Under the pieces are notes generated by a model. The model saw only the letters and a program-made list of their open reading frames with translations. It was not told where the DNA came from and did no database searches. Of a stretch of 32,000 nt of DNA, positions 10,760-22,103 are shown piece by piece (the stretch's first letter is position 1; each line of letters opens with the position of its first letter). The position numbers were made by a program, and so were the translations under genes. Source of the stretch: Zygophlyctis sp. KS116 (Eukaryota; Fungi; Chytridiomycota); NCBI GenBank assembly GCA_054661495.1, contig BAAFSQ010000051.1, positions 1 through 32,000 of the forward strand, written 5' to 3'.

Positions 10760-10988
10760 TGAATTGCTAAAAATAAATTCTTTTGCATCCTTTGAAACGT
10801 TAAAGGCATTTGTTGTTAATTTTTTATAGAGTAATTTGTCTAAAGAAAATTCTAAATTTTTGGAATATTTATTTGCATTCTGTAAGATCAAGAAAATCCA
10901 GTGTAAAACAAGGAAAAGATCACTAAAAGCGATAAGATCAAGAAAAATTTTATTGAAAATTTTGAGCGAAATTTCTCATTGAATTTTT

Positions 10989-11948
10989 ATGTTTAATATC
11001 AAGACTGACAATATGAATGAACTACCGCTTGAGGAGCTGGACTCAGTCTTTGATCAAGTATATCCTATGGAGCCTTTGCTGACTAAATTGGATGTGGTAA
11101 AGAGAAAGCGATCAGACTCTAATAATTCAATCATTTTCAGGAAAAACTCCAAAGCTACAAAAAGCTTTGAGTCAATTGATGCTTATTTAGATTTGAAAGA
11201 TTTAGATGATTTAAACTTTAATGATTTAAAGGTTTCCAATGATGATACCTCTTTACCTCTTATCAAGTCTCTAAATATGATTCAAGACTTGGAAGTTGCT
11301 TCTAAACCCATCAATGTTTGGAAATCAAATTTACAAGGAGTTTCAGTTTATATTAGTTGGTTAACTCCATCCGGAACTTTAAGTAGATATGACTCTAATT
11401 GTATTCCGTTAATAAGAAGAGTTGATAATTCATTGGTTAATGCAACACTACTATTGCATGCAGCAGGTATAAAACAAAAAACAAATTTATAATTTTTAGG
11501 AGTATCTGAAAAGGAAAAATCATTAATTTGTTCCTTTGAGAAAAAGGTTCGATGTTCAAATAAAGAATCACCATTTTTTGGAGTCTGGATTCCTTTAAAA
11601 AGAGCAAAAGCATTGGCTGTATCACTTTGTTTAGTTAAAATTGATATTTTTCTCTCTGATAATCTCTCTGATTACTTTTCTTTATTAAAACCAATCTCAA
11701 TTTCACCAAAAAGTCATGATTTACTAAATCATTTAATCACAAAACTATCACTTTTAAAGAATTCTGAACCTAATTCTGCTTTAATCAATAGAATCGCATC
11801 AATACTTCCTGGAATAATCTCAAAATCTTCAAATCCTGTAACATCTATAAATTCTCTTGTGTCTGTTTTAAATCAATTACTATGTAAAACTGCAAATACA
11901 CCTAAAAAACCATTGGTAAAAAAGATTATTATTCAAGATTCTGATTAG
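10989..11948 (+). CDS. APSES (KilA-N) domain transcription factor; 2 exons
   Basis: Intron 11467-11499 (33 nt) joins LIRRVDNSLVNATLLLHAAG to VSEKEKSLI...FFGVWIPLKRAKALA, the typical APSES signatures RR.D...VNAT.L and G.WIP...A..LA. Confidence 0.85.
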
Positions 11949-11952
11949 ATTT

Positions 11953-12582
11953 TCAAGTAGAAATACTAAATTCTAATAGTAGACTAGTATCTATAGACAT
12001 GATTTCAGTACTTGTTGAATAATTTTTAGGCCAAGAATCATTAAAATCATAAATCAAATTCCACTTGTTGGGTTTATCTTTTAATCCAGTTTTAAGTAAT
12101 TGAGACTCTAGTCCACTGTAAGAGAGAGTATTTGGTCTAAATTTAATATTTTTACTAGATTCAATTATTGGATCTGTACTAGAGTATAAAAACACTGTTA
12201 AATCATTACAATCTCGTACTCTAATTTGTAAAGAGTATTTTCCATACCTAAACTGTTGACAATAAACAGAGACACTAGTATTTTTACAATTTCTAATAAA
12301 TATAGATGATTCTGTGGGTCCTAGAATCACATTACAATTTTCTAAATTTTCCAAAGTCACTTGAACTGATGCATCTAGAATATAAAAGTTTGAATTATTA
12401 GAGTCTAAAACTAGTATTGGATAACCTGTCGGAATTGAATTTGGTGATTTTATCAATGTCTGATTACAACCTGAAAATGTATAATCATCTTGAGAAATTG
12501 GTAATTCCTTGTCAATGCAATCATCTTTTCCAACGATTGGTGATTTATGCACTTGTTTGAGCCTCTTACAGCAGCTAAACAT
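11953..12582 (-). CDS. RP2: RP2/XRP2-like TBCC-domain ARL3 GAP (ciliary); probable 27-nt intron at 12221-12247
   Basis: Beta-helix TBCC domain: GPTESSIFIRNC...CQQFR|VRDC...T.PIIESSKNIKF...NKWNLIYDF. Removing the GT-AG intron restores QQFRVRDC. An N-terminal Cys pair (MFSCC) is a possible acylation site. Confidence 0.8.
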   Translation of the reverse strand: MFSCCKRLKQVHKSPIVGKDDCIDKELPISQDDYTFSGCNQTLIKSPNSIPTGYPILVLDSNNSNFYILDASVQVTLENLENCNVILGPTESSIFIRNCKNTSVSVYCQQFRYGKYSLQIRVRDCNDLTVFLYSSTDPIIESSKNIKFRPNTLSYSGLESQLLKTGLKDKPNKWNLIYDFNDSWPKNYSTSTEIMSIDTSLLLEFSIST

Positions 12583-12660
12583 CTAATAAAACGCGTATTG
12601 ATACCAAGTATATAGACTAGAAATCTCCCTTTGTTGACTTTCCAATCTTTGAAATCATCA

Positions 12661-13316
12661 ATGGAAAAATGTAGACTATTGGGCGATTTTTCTATTTTTA
12701 TACAATTCTTGTTATTTACAATTGCTTTATTATCTCTAATAATCAAGAGATCCAGAGAATCTCCTCGACGACTTTTAAGAGTTTGGATTCTAGATACTAG
12801 TAAACAAGGAATTGCATCACTTTGTCTTCATTTTAGTAATATTTTATATTCAGTGTCTTTGGAAAATCCATGTATTTTGTATTTTCTTCATGTATTTATT
12901 TTTACTAAATCTAGATATTGTTAGATACTACAGTTGGAGTTTATATTCTTTCTATTCTAATTAAATTTACTTATCCGATTGCATTAAAACTAGATTCTGA
13001 ATTAGAGTCTGGAGTTTATCCAAATTATAAATCTTGGATAAAACAATTGTTTTTATTCTTGGTCTGGTGGGGAATTACAAAAGCAATTATTATTATTATT
13101 ATATCTTTTAGGATTACAGTAAATCTAGGGAATTTTATACTCTTGCCTCTACTTTCTTTAAAGGATGAACGATTATTAATTACTTTTGTAGTTTTACTTT
13201 TACCACTAGGATTAAATATTTTACAGGCATGGTTGATTGATTCTCTTATAAAGTATAAACAGATTTTATTTATATCTGTGGATCAGGAAGATGAAGAATT
13301 GGAAGAAAATATTTAA
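12661..13316 (+). CDS. STIMATE/TMEM110 (yeast YPL162C-like) multi-pass membrane protein; 2 exons
   Basis: C.LLG.F...IQ..L....L..L..KR.RE.PRR...VW..DTSKQ and NPC..YFL motifs. A 23-nt intron at 12892-12914 restores YFLH|ILLDTTVG. Confidence 0.8.
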
Positions 13317-13429
13317 CAGATTATTTTATTATTGGAAACTTTTCCATTATAGGACGATATATAGTGGAAACTTGAGTCTGACCAAGACCTAAAATTGTCT
13401 TTTTAGCCCTAAGAACCTCTTAGTGTTGA

Positions 13430-14907
13430 ATGCTCAGAAGAAAATTGAAAACAGAGTCTCTAGAGCCTTTTCTTAAAAGAGAATATTTGCATGTGCATCC
13501 GATTCATACTGCAGTCAAGGGATCTCCGCTATCGAATGAACAAGGTACAGCTCCAAATTATAGAGGGTTTTATACTCTAACACTGCTATTACTGGCTGTA
13601 ATGAATTTAAGACTTGCTATTGAGAATTATCTTAAATATGGTCTACTAGTATCGTTTGATCTATATAGTATATTCACCGTCAAGGACTTGGTTTGGTCCA
13701 CGATTGGATTATTTGGTATTGGGTGCCACATTTTAGTTGCTTTTTGGATTGAAACTATTGCAGTTGATTTAATGACTGTTCAAGCTCCTACTCATACAGA
13801 TGTTAAGAGTTTACACAAAATTAATTGTACAATCTTGATCATTTTTTCAATGCTTAATTCTTGGTTTAATATCAGTCATCCTCTTATATCTGGATCTCCT
13901 CTGTTTATTAGTGTTGTTGTGTTGTTGAAATTAATCTCTTATGCTTTAGTAAATGCTGATTTAAGAGATGCGGCATTATCTGGAAGATTAATAGAATTAA
14001 ATGAAGAATATATGGTATTCTAAAAAGAAATTCTAATCTAATAGGAGGATCCAAAGTTTAAATCAGATTCTGTGTTATTTCCTGATAATATCACGTTTGG
14101 AAATTTGGTTTACTTTATTTTTGCTCCTACATTGGTAATAAATAAAACTAATTATTAGAGTTATCAGCCAGTGTATCCTAGAAATAAGACTATTAGAATA
14201 TCTTTTATCCTAAAAAGGTCTCTTGAATTAATAATTTCAGTTTTTACAACTGTTTTTTTAGCTGCTCAGTATGCTTTACCGATTTTAAAGAATTCTTTAA
14301 AGGTTTTAGACGAAGGAAATTCTTTAAAAATTGCAGAAAGGTTATTGAAACTTTCTGTTATATCTCTCTTTATGTGGCTCTTGATGTTTTTTGCATTTTT
14401 TCATTGTGCATTAAACATTATGGCGGAATTATTGAGATTTGGTGATCGATCATTTTATCTTCCATGGTGGAATGCTAAAGATATTGCAGAGTATTGGAGG
14501 CTTTGGAATCTTCCCGTATACAAATGGGGTAAAAGGCACGTGTATCTCTCTCTTTCTATAAATCACAAAACATCGAGATTTTTTAGTATTCTCGTTGTAT
14601 TTACAATATCTGCTCTTTTACATGAAATTTTAGTTGGAATACCTACTCATAATCTCAATGGAATAGCTTTTATGGGAATGATGGGACAAATACCTTTGAT
14701 AGTTTTCACAAATTGGCTTACATTTATCCGAAAGACGGTGGTAACTTTTTTTTTATTTTCTAAATTTAGTTTCCCGGCCACAAACAATTCTTTGATACTG
14801 TTGGAAATTTGATTTTTTGGATCTCATTTACTATTGTTGGACAGCCTGCATGTATTCTTATATACTATTGCCAATGGTACGCTGATCAAAGAGGTGTGAT
14901 TAGATGA
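13430..14907 (+). CDS. DGAT1: Diacylglycerol O-acyltransferase 1 (MBOAT family); 4 exons
   Basis: SPLS..NYRGF..L..N.RL.IEN.LKYG, KLISY, FAPTL|SYQPVYPR, AELLRFGDRSFY..WWNA..YWRLWNLPV, catalytic SALLHE, GNLIFW..GQP. Introns 14015-14044, 14135-14158 and 14741-14769; stop at 14905-14907. Confidence 0.9.
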
Positions 14908-14986
14908 TTTGTGAATTGACTTTGTCCTATTGATTCAGAGTCTTTGAGTGTAGTGGTTAAGTGAGTGTTATAAAAGGGCCAAGAGA

Positions 14987-15169
14987 ATGTTGAGGGCTAG
15001 TATGAAGAAAATTTCCAAAAGAAAAACTAAAGAATTGACTCAAGAATTGGACAAATCAATGGATGAAATTCATGTTTTGCTACAAAAAAAGAAAAAGAAA
15101 ATTATTAAAAGAAAACAAGAAAAATTTGATGCTTCACTCTTGGATCTTTTAAGAAAAACTAGCTTTTGA
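14987..15169 (+). CDS. Small Lys-rich ORF (60 aa), hypothetical
   Basis: ATG-started ORF filling the gap between DGAT1 and CFAP99, with a basic KKKKKIIKRK stretch. It overlaps the CFAP99 3' end by 21 nt. No family recognised. Confidence 0.35.
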   Translation: MLRASMKKISKRKTKELTQELDKSMDEIHVLLQKKKKKIIKRKQEKFDASLLDLLRKTSF

Positions 15170-17186
15170 AGCCGATCGGGAAATTGTTGATTGGCTTCGG
15201 GATAAGAGTCCGAGTCTTGCTGCTTTTTTGGCTTCTAAAGTTTCTTTGAGCTTTGATAGTTTATCTTCTTCATGGCCAAGAGGAATGCATGAGACTGGAC
15301 GAGAAAATGCTTTTTGTCTTTCAACTTTTCTCTTTAGTCGTTCTGCATCTATAGTCTCTAATTTGGAATTTACTAGTGCAACCCTGGCCATTTTTTGCTC
15401 CAAGATTTCTCTTCTTTTGGTTTCCTCGGCTTCGGCTAGTTTAACCTTGGCAATTAGTAGTCTCTCTTGTAATTCAATAATTGACATCTCTCCCAGAATC
15501 CCACATCCAGAAGTTTCTGTTAGATCAATTTCTTTCCTAACGCTTCCAATAGGTGTAAGATTCTTTTCTAATAATCTGATTTGTTTCACTAATTCCATTC
15601 TTTTTTCTAATTCTTGTTGAGATTCCTTTTCCGCTCTTTCTTTTTGGGCTTGATATTCCAAAGACATTTCAGTAGCTATCCTTGATTTATCATCTAGAAC
15701 CTTTAGTTTAGCTTCAGTAATTCCAGATTTGATATCATGGACTTTTTCAATTTTTTTCTTGTTTTCTACATTGATTTCAGCCTTTAATTGATTTGATATT
15801 TGCTTGAATTCTTCTTTTTCTGCTAATGCTTCGACTACTTTTTCTCTATTTTCCTTTAATTTTTCTTGTTTAGCAATAAATGTTTCTTCATGAAGTAATT
15901 TGATTTCTAATTTCCTTTTTTCTAATTCTAGTTTTCTCTCTTCAATCTCTCTTAATTTAAGTTCTTCTCTCCAGGCTTCAAATTCATGTTCATCTTTTAA
16001 GCCAATTTCAATATCTTTAAGTAGTTTGTCTTCTTTTTCTTTTTGCTTTCGGAATAGAGCTTCTTCTCTTAAAATTGCAGCGGCTGTTAGTTTAACTGGA
16101 ACAGAAGCGTAAATTTCAGATGGAACTTTTCGGAGTGTAACAGGTTTTGTCTTTTCAAATTCCTGTTGCTGGGCAATCAAAATATTTTTTCTAGTTTCTG
16201 CAAGCATAGCTACAGAGTTTTTTGCTGCCACTGAAAATGGGCTTGTTTGTGCGGATTTGTAATTTTTTAAAGCCTTTTCCTTGTTTATTTTCTTGATTTT
16301 TTCCAATTTCTCCTGGTCTCCAGCCCCCTTTAAAACTATTTCTGGAACAGGATTTGCCTTTATATTAATGGAATCTATGCTTTACCTTTATAAATGTTGG
16401 GATTTTGACTGTTGGTTCTGGTAATTTACGTGGTTTTGGTACCGTGAGTGTAAATGGGGCACAAACTTGTTTTAAGAATTATATAATTACTAGTGGCTTC
16501 TTTAGTTGATTTTTTAGGAATGAGACCTGACTGTACTATTTCACATAATTCACTTAATAGCAGCTGAGCTGCAGGTATATTTTTAGTAATTGGTATCAGG
16601 ATTGAATCCTAAATTTAAAAACTAATAAGTTACCTTTACATATCCTGCATCCAGTACGCTGATCCATAGAGGATTAAGTTCTTTTTCTAAATTCGCAGGA
16701 TCAAAAAGAAATCCTATTAATTGGGCCATTTTAGTTGCATCGTAATATCTAATAAATTTCGCAAAGTTGGGAAATGTCAACTCGTCTAGTCTGATCATGG
16801 CTAGATATACCAAGACTATCGTTGAATGCTCTTTCTGTTACCTGCAAATAAATTGAATTCGGACTTCAAGAATCTTTGACCCGTTCTGAGATAAAATAAA
16901 TCCAAAGTGGCCTATGGTTACCATGTAAAAGTTACTCTAATAATGTTTTGGAATCTTAAAACTCCATAAAATGTTTCTTCCAAAAATACAATCTCGGTTT
17001 TATCAGTGATCTTTGATTCAGCAGTATATTTAGCCAAAATTTCCTCATCAGGATCAATAAGCGGAACGGATAAATTTAATTCTGGAATTTAAAACATTGA
17101 AATTTACCAGAATTCCATCCGCTTCGGGCAAATGGATGCCGACTAAGCAAATTGCGACAATGAGTTATCAGCTGTTTGGAAATCAT
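15149..17186 (-). CDS. CFAP99: Cilia- and flagella-associated protein 99 (coiled-coil); 7 exons
   Basis: Starts MISKQLITHC at 17186. Introns 17082-17107, 16912-16935, 16816-16841, 16609-16633, 16466-16490 and 16358-16385 give a continuous frame. Motifs: YLAMIRLDEL, PFTLTVPKPR, VKLTAAAILREEAL, DLTETSG.GILGEMSIIEL.ERL. Confidence 0.8.
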
Positions 17187-17285
17187 TTAAACCGGAAGAT
17201 AACAAACGTTAAGTTCGGAATTTTTAGAAAAACATTCATTCGGACAAATTATTAAAGCGAATAAATTGTAGACATTTTTAACCAA

Positions 17286-20015
17286 TCAGGCCAATGTTTT
17301 TTCTTTTTCAATCTCAAGTTTAATTTTGGCCTTCACTTCATCTGCATTAACTTGTATCTAAATGAATTTAAAAAATTAAGTTTACCTCCTGAGCATATTT
17401 AATAAATGTCTTGTTAGTTTCTTTTGTTTCTAGGGCACGCAAGTATTTAGAGCGATAAAATAGCACAGTGTCAATGTGAGTCTTGTATTTGATTGCAAGC
17501 TCTAATGCACGATCCCAATTAAATAGATCAATCCACATCCTAATGCTTTTATATATAAGATTGGCCCCTAGCAATATAGATTCTGCTTCTTTTGGTTGTT
17601 TTCTTAGTAAAGCTAGTTCGGCTGCACGGCCTTGTGGAGAGGGGATTAGTTTTGCATTGCAAATAAATTGTACTTTTTGAATTTCATCTATAGAAGCATA
17701 TGCTACTTCGGCAGTGTTTAGATCTTGTCCGAATACCGACATGGCTGCAAGACAAGCCCAAAGATCTCGTTTCTTTTATTTAGAGTATGTAAAAATATAC
17801 ATTGACATGTCTGCAGAGTCTGATAGCTTCTTCCCAACAATTTTTGCGACTAAATTCACCAATCATGCTATGTAGTTGAGAGATTCCACTAAAAATAATT
17901 TAATTAAAAAAATACTCAATATATATAAGCGATCCATCAGAGCTTCTGACAGCACATTCAGTATCTACAAAAAAATTCAAAAGAGCATTCTTCCCCAAGA
18001 GACTGACATAAATTAAAACCATAAATACCTAGCATCTTTTTCGAATTTGGTCAAAGATATCAAATCATCATCAATGTAAACAACATTCGGATAATACCAT
18101 ACAACAAACTTCCCGTCTGTGATTGCCGCCAAAAACTCGTTATTATCATTCCAAAGGGAACTTTCAGTCATAACAGCTAATTTAAGTCCAAAAATATTTA
18201 CCGAGTTTTCGGAAATCTTCTTTGACGATTTTGGTGATGAAGAGCTCACGATTTTTATCAATAATGCTCAAATGGCGACCAAGGGATGATTTTGCTTGGC
18301 TTAGTCCAATTTCTGAAATATCTGCTGAATGTTTAATTTTCCCTTGACCAAATGGATTTCCTGTCTTGACATCAAATAGATGTACAACTACTAATGAATA
18401 TTTTTGATTTCAAACCTTTTTCGTCTGAGCGATCTTTAACTGCAACAACATCCTCTGTCAGCGCTATTGTTCTGGTGGTGATAAATTCAGCTCTGAGTCC
18501 TGGTATTTTGGGAGAGCTAATCAGCTTTCCATCGTATCCAAATATTTGAATTCCAGCATAATTATCTATCAGGGCAAAATTACTACCGAATAAGATTTAT
18601 ATCCTAAAAACCTTCTAGATTGTTGAATACATGTTACCCGTCCGTTATTCCTCAAGTCAATAATCGAAGGAGTGCTCCAGTTTTTTTCATTGTAGATATG
18701 ACACTGATTTGACGTGGCGACAATCAAGAAACCATATCGTAAGGACATATTGACAATTCTATCACGTAACTCTAGATGATAAGATTGAGCGCAGGAATAC
18801 CATGGTTTTCTTGATTCCCTTTAACGACATCGTGAATAATAAATTTTCTATCATCTTGCCAAATCACCTGCAAATGTTTCCATTCAAATCTTCTACTTTT
18901 TAAGGCAATTTTTGTTACCGGTTACTCAGATGTGCAAAAACGACCGCTCCAGACCCGGCTGCACATGCGAATTGAGTTCCATCTGGAGTCCATGAAATAT
19001 TAAAGATTGTTCCACACTTTGGTTTCGATAGAGCATATGACCACTATTATGAATTGAAAATATATACTCCTAGCTTGTCACATATTTTTAATGTTTCAAA
19101 AGAACCCACAGCAAATATTTCGCCTTGAGGATTCCATACAATTGAAGTAATTGGGTGAGAATGAGCAGAACTACAGTAAAGTTGCCTACCATAATTATCC
19201 CAAATCTATCGATGTATTATTTTGAAATATTTACTTTATATTTGCAATCCTCCCCAGCTGATATAATTAAATTATTGACCAAATTCCAATCAACCTTCAA
19301 AACTGGGCCGTCGTGAGCTTTCCACTAAAAATTAACAGTTGTGCCTTACTTGGGTGACGGTTTTACCAGCTTGAATTGGCTTAATAACTAAATTGCAAGA
19401 ATTGGTATATATAATTTGGTCGTCATCAGGTGCCCACGTAATCGAATATATCGGATATCCTGATAGTTATGAATCCTTAAAATACCACTTTGTACGAGCA
19501 CACTACGAAGCATACCACTTTTAGACCATATTTTTAATTGTCCATCTTCTCCACCTGTTTCAATTTAGTCTCATGCTGAAGCCTACCGGTACATATTGCA
19601 GATCCTTCGAAATTCCATTTAGCACACAAAACAGCACCATTGTGAGCATCTATAGCTTTTTCTATTTTATCATTCTTTGAGCAGATATAGTATTTTCCAT
19701 CTGTACCACCCAATATCATTGTGTCCGAACTTTGATTTGTACCTCTTCCTGGAGCTGATGGTGCCCATTGCAAGTCTGTAATAAAAGTATTTGGGGAGGG
19801 ATTAAAATTAAATACTTTTTCAATGTATTCGCCATCTCCTGACCACTTAAGTACATTGTTATCATCTCTTTGAGTGAGTCAACGCGTTCGATTACCCTGC
19901 TGTCGTCAACTCAAGGCCTGTCCATCCGAGACAAGTCACTAAATCAGAGTCTTTAAATTATGTGGAATAAGAAATTACGATGATTCTTTTCGGACTGTGA
20001 AACTATCAAACGCAT
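17286..20015 (-). CDS. IFT80: Intraflagellar transport protein 80 (WD40 repeats); about 17 exons
   Basis: Hand splicing of 16 GT-AG introns of 24-32 nt gives MRL...[74 protein letters not shown] and [20 protein letters not shown]; stop at 17286-17288. Confidence 0.93.
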
Positions 20016-20055
20016 TTTAAGTAATTATATTTTCCGGAAAACTCGTTAATGATCA

Positions 20056-21237
20056 TCAGTTTAAATTAGACAATGCTTTTCCTAAAACTTCAAAAATAAA
20101 CAACTTACTCGTTATGTTTTGTCCCTCAATCGTTATGCAATCTTGAGGGAGATCTATATTTTTTTCAGCAACCTTTTTTCCAGGCAGTGGTTTTCGGAAA
20201 TATGGTTGCAAAACCCAGTTTGGAAGTTCAAGAATTGGTTTAGAATCGTCCACTTGAGTCAATTCCTCATCTGTACCAAACTTTTTCTGGAGCCTAGACT
20301 TTAATTCCAAGACATTTTCTGTAAAATCCTCCAAAGTCTGACATTTGACAAAATTGGCTCTGATGTCTACATGTTCAGGGAGACATGCATGAAATATTTT
20401 AAATAAATGCCCCCGTATTGATGACATACTAGCACTATCAGGAAATTCTTTGACAATACTTAAATATTCAATTGCTAATTTCCAATTTGAATAAAATTTC
20501 CCAGTAAATAGAGCAGGATTATATAGATTACCTTCTGCAGTCATAACTCCATCAACCCCAGTAGAATCCATGCATGCTTTAATATCTTTAAAATAAAGAA
20601 TATTTCCATTTGCAAAAACTGGAATTGAAACTGATTCCTTGATTCTTTTAATTTGTTCCCAATCCGCCAATCCAGAATTATGACCTCGTTGTTCCCTTGT
20701 TCTACCATGAACAGTTAAAAGCTGACAACCTGAAGCTTCCAACATCTGAGCATATCTGATTGATTTTTCAACATCAGGAAATACTCTGATCTTACAAGTG
20801 ACTGGAACACTTAATTCCTCATGTAAAATCTTGACTATTGAAGAAATTAAATCCCATTCATCTTGTAAATAAGCACCATAATGTCCTCTTTTAGCAATAT
20901 GCTGAGGACATCCAAGATTAATATCCACTGCATCCACTTTATTTTGAATCATTTTAGCAGCCTCTAGTAAAACCAATGGATTATGTCCAGCAAACTGAGC
21001 AATCAGCGGTCTATCTTCTGATCCACTTATGAAATTCTCTCGTCTATATTTTTCATTTTCGACAAATGCTCTAGCAGACAACATCGGAGTATAACATAAA
21101 TGAGCTCCATATCTATTAGATAAGATCCTCCATGCCCATTCTGATTGATCAACCATTGGAGCAACAATATATTTTGGAGCCTTTAAGATCTGATTGTAAA
21201 AATCATAACCATTTAATTTCCCAGTACCAACAGTCAT
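20056..21237 (-). CDS. DUS1: tRNA-dihydrouridine(16/17) synthase
   Basis: VAPMVDQSE, CYTPM, DRPLIAQF, DINLGCPQ.IAKRGHYGAYL, VTCKIR, TVHGRT, ANGNI, GVMTAEGNLYNP. First in-frame ATG is at 21237; possible in-frame 27-nt intron at 20082-20108. Confidence 0.92.
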   Translation of the reverse strand: MTVGTGKLNGYDFYNQILKAPKYIVAPMVDQSEWAWRILSNRYGAHLCYTPMLSARAFVENEKYRRENFISGSEDRPLIAQFAGHNPLVLLEAAKMIQNKVDAVDINLGCPQHIAKRGHYGAYLQDEWDLISSIVKILHEELSVPVTCKIRVFPDVEKSIRYAQMLEASGCQLLTVHGRTREQRGHNSGLADWEQIKRIKESVSIPVFANGNILYFKDIKACMDSTGVDGVMTAEGNLYNPALFTGKFYSNWKLAIEYLSIVKEFPDSASMSSIRGHLFKIFHACLPEHVDIRANFVKCQTLEDFTENVLELKSRLQKKFGTDEELTQVDDSKPILELPNWVLQPYFRKPLPGKKVAEKNIDLPQDCITIEGQNITSKLFIFEVLGKALSNLN

Positions 21238-21351
21238 CAGAAGATCTGCAACAGTTTTGATCGACACAGGTGTCAGTGTTAGGCTCTGCGCATTTAATTT
21301 TTGCTTGATTCTTGTCGTACGTAGTTAACTAAAAATTAAATATATTTCTTG

Positions 21352-22019
<668 letters not shown>

Positions 22020-22103
22020 TTTCTAAAATGTATGTCTGACTTATCGTTAAGTTGACGGTGGAAATCTTAGGTTTCAGTTAAGCAAATGAGAATAAATTTT
22101 ACT

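Larger units (their letters stand above)
8453..10823. repeat. Near-identical direct tandem duplication (8453-9630 and 9646-10823; period 1193 bp) carrying the peptidase gene with its upstream and downstream flanks
   Basis: Both copies start AACCATGAGGCGCAACC and end TGTTGTTAATTTT, separated by a 15-bp spacer (9631-9645). The differences I found all lie in the last ~200 bp. Confidence 0.95.

Noticed and set aside
8453-10823. LTR pair or transposon
   Set aside because: The repeats are whole-gene copies only 15 bp apart, with no TG..CA ends, TIRs, target-site duplication, transposase or reverse transcriptase.
15228-16112. Ser/Leu/Phe-rich plus-strand ORFs (also 26392-26838, 27178-27660, 1216-1512, 5443-5748, 9210-9470)
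   Set aside because: Antisense shadows of real coding genes with no independent motifs.
16917-16930. RFX X-box-like GTTACCATGTAAAA inside a CFAP99 intron
   Set aside because: Only one half-site matches and it lies in an intron about 250 bp into the gene; too weak to call.
19882-19887. Second ACGCGT (MCB-like) hexamer in IFT80 intron 2
   Set aside because: A single 6-mer in an intron cannot be distinguished from chance.
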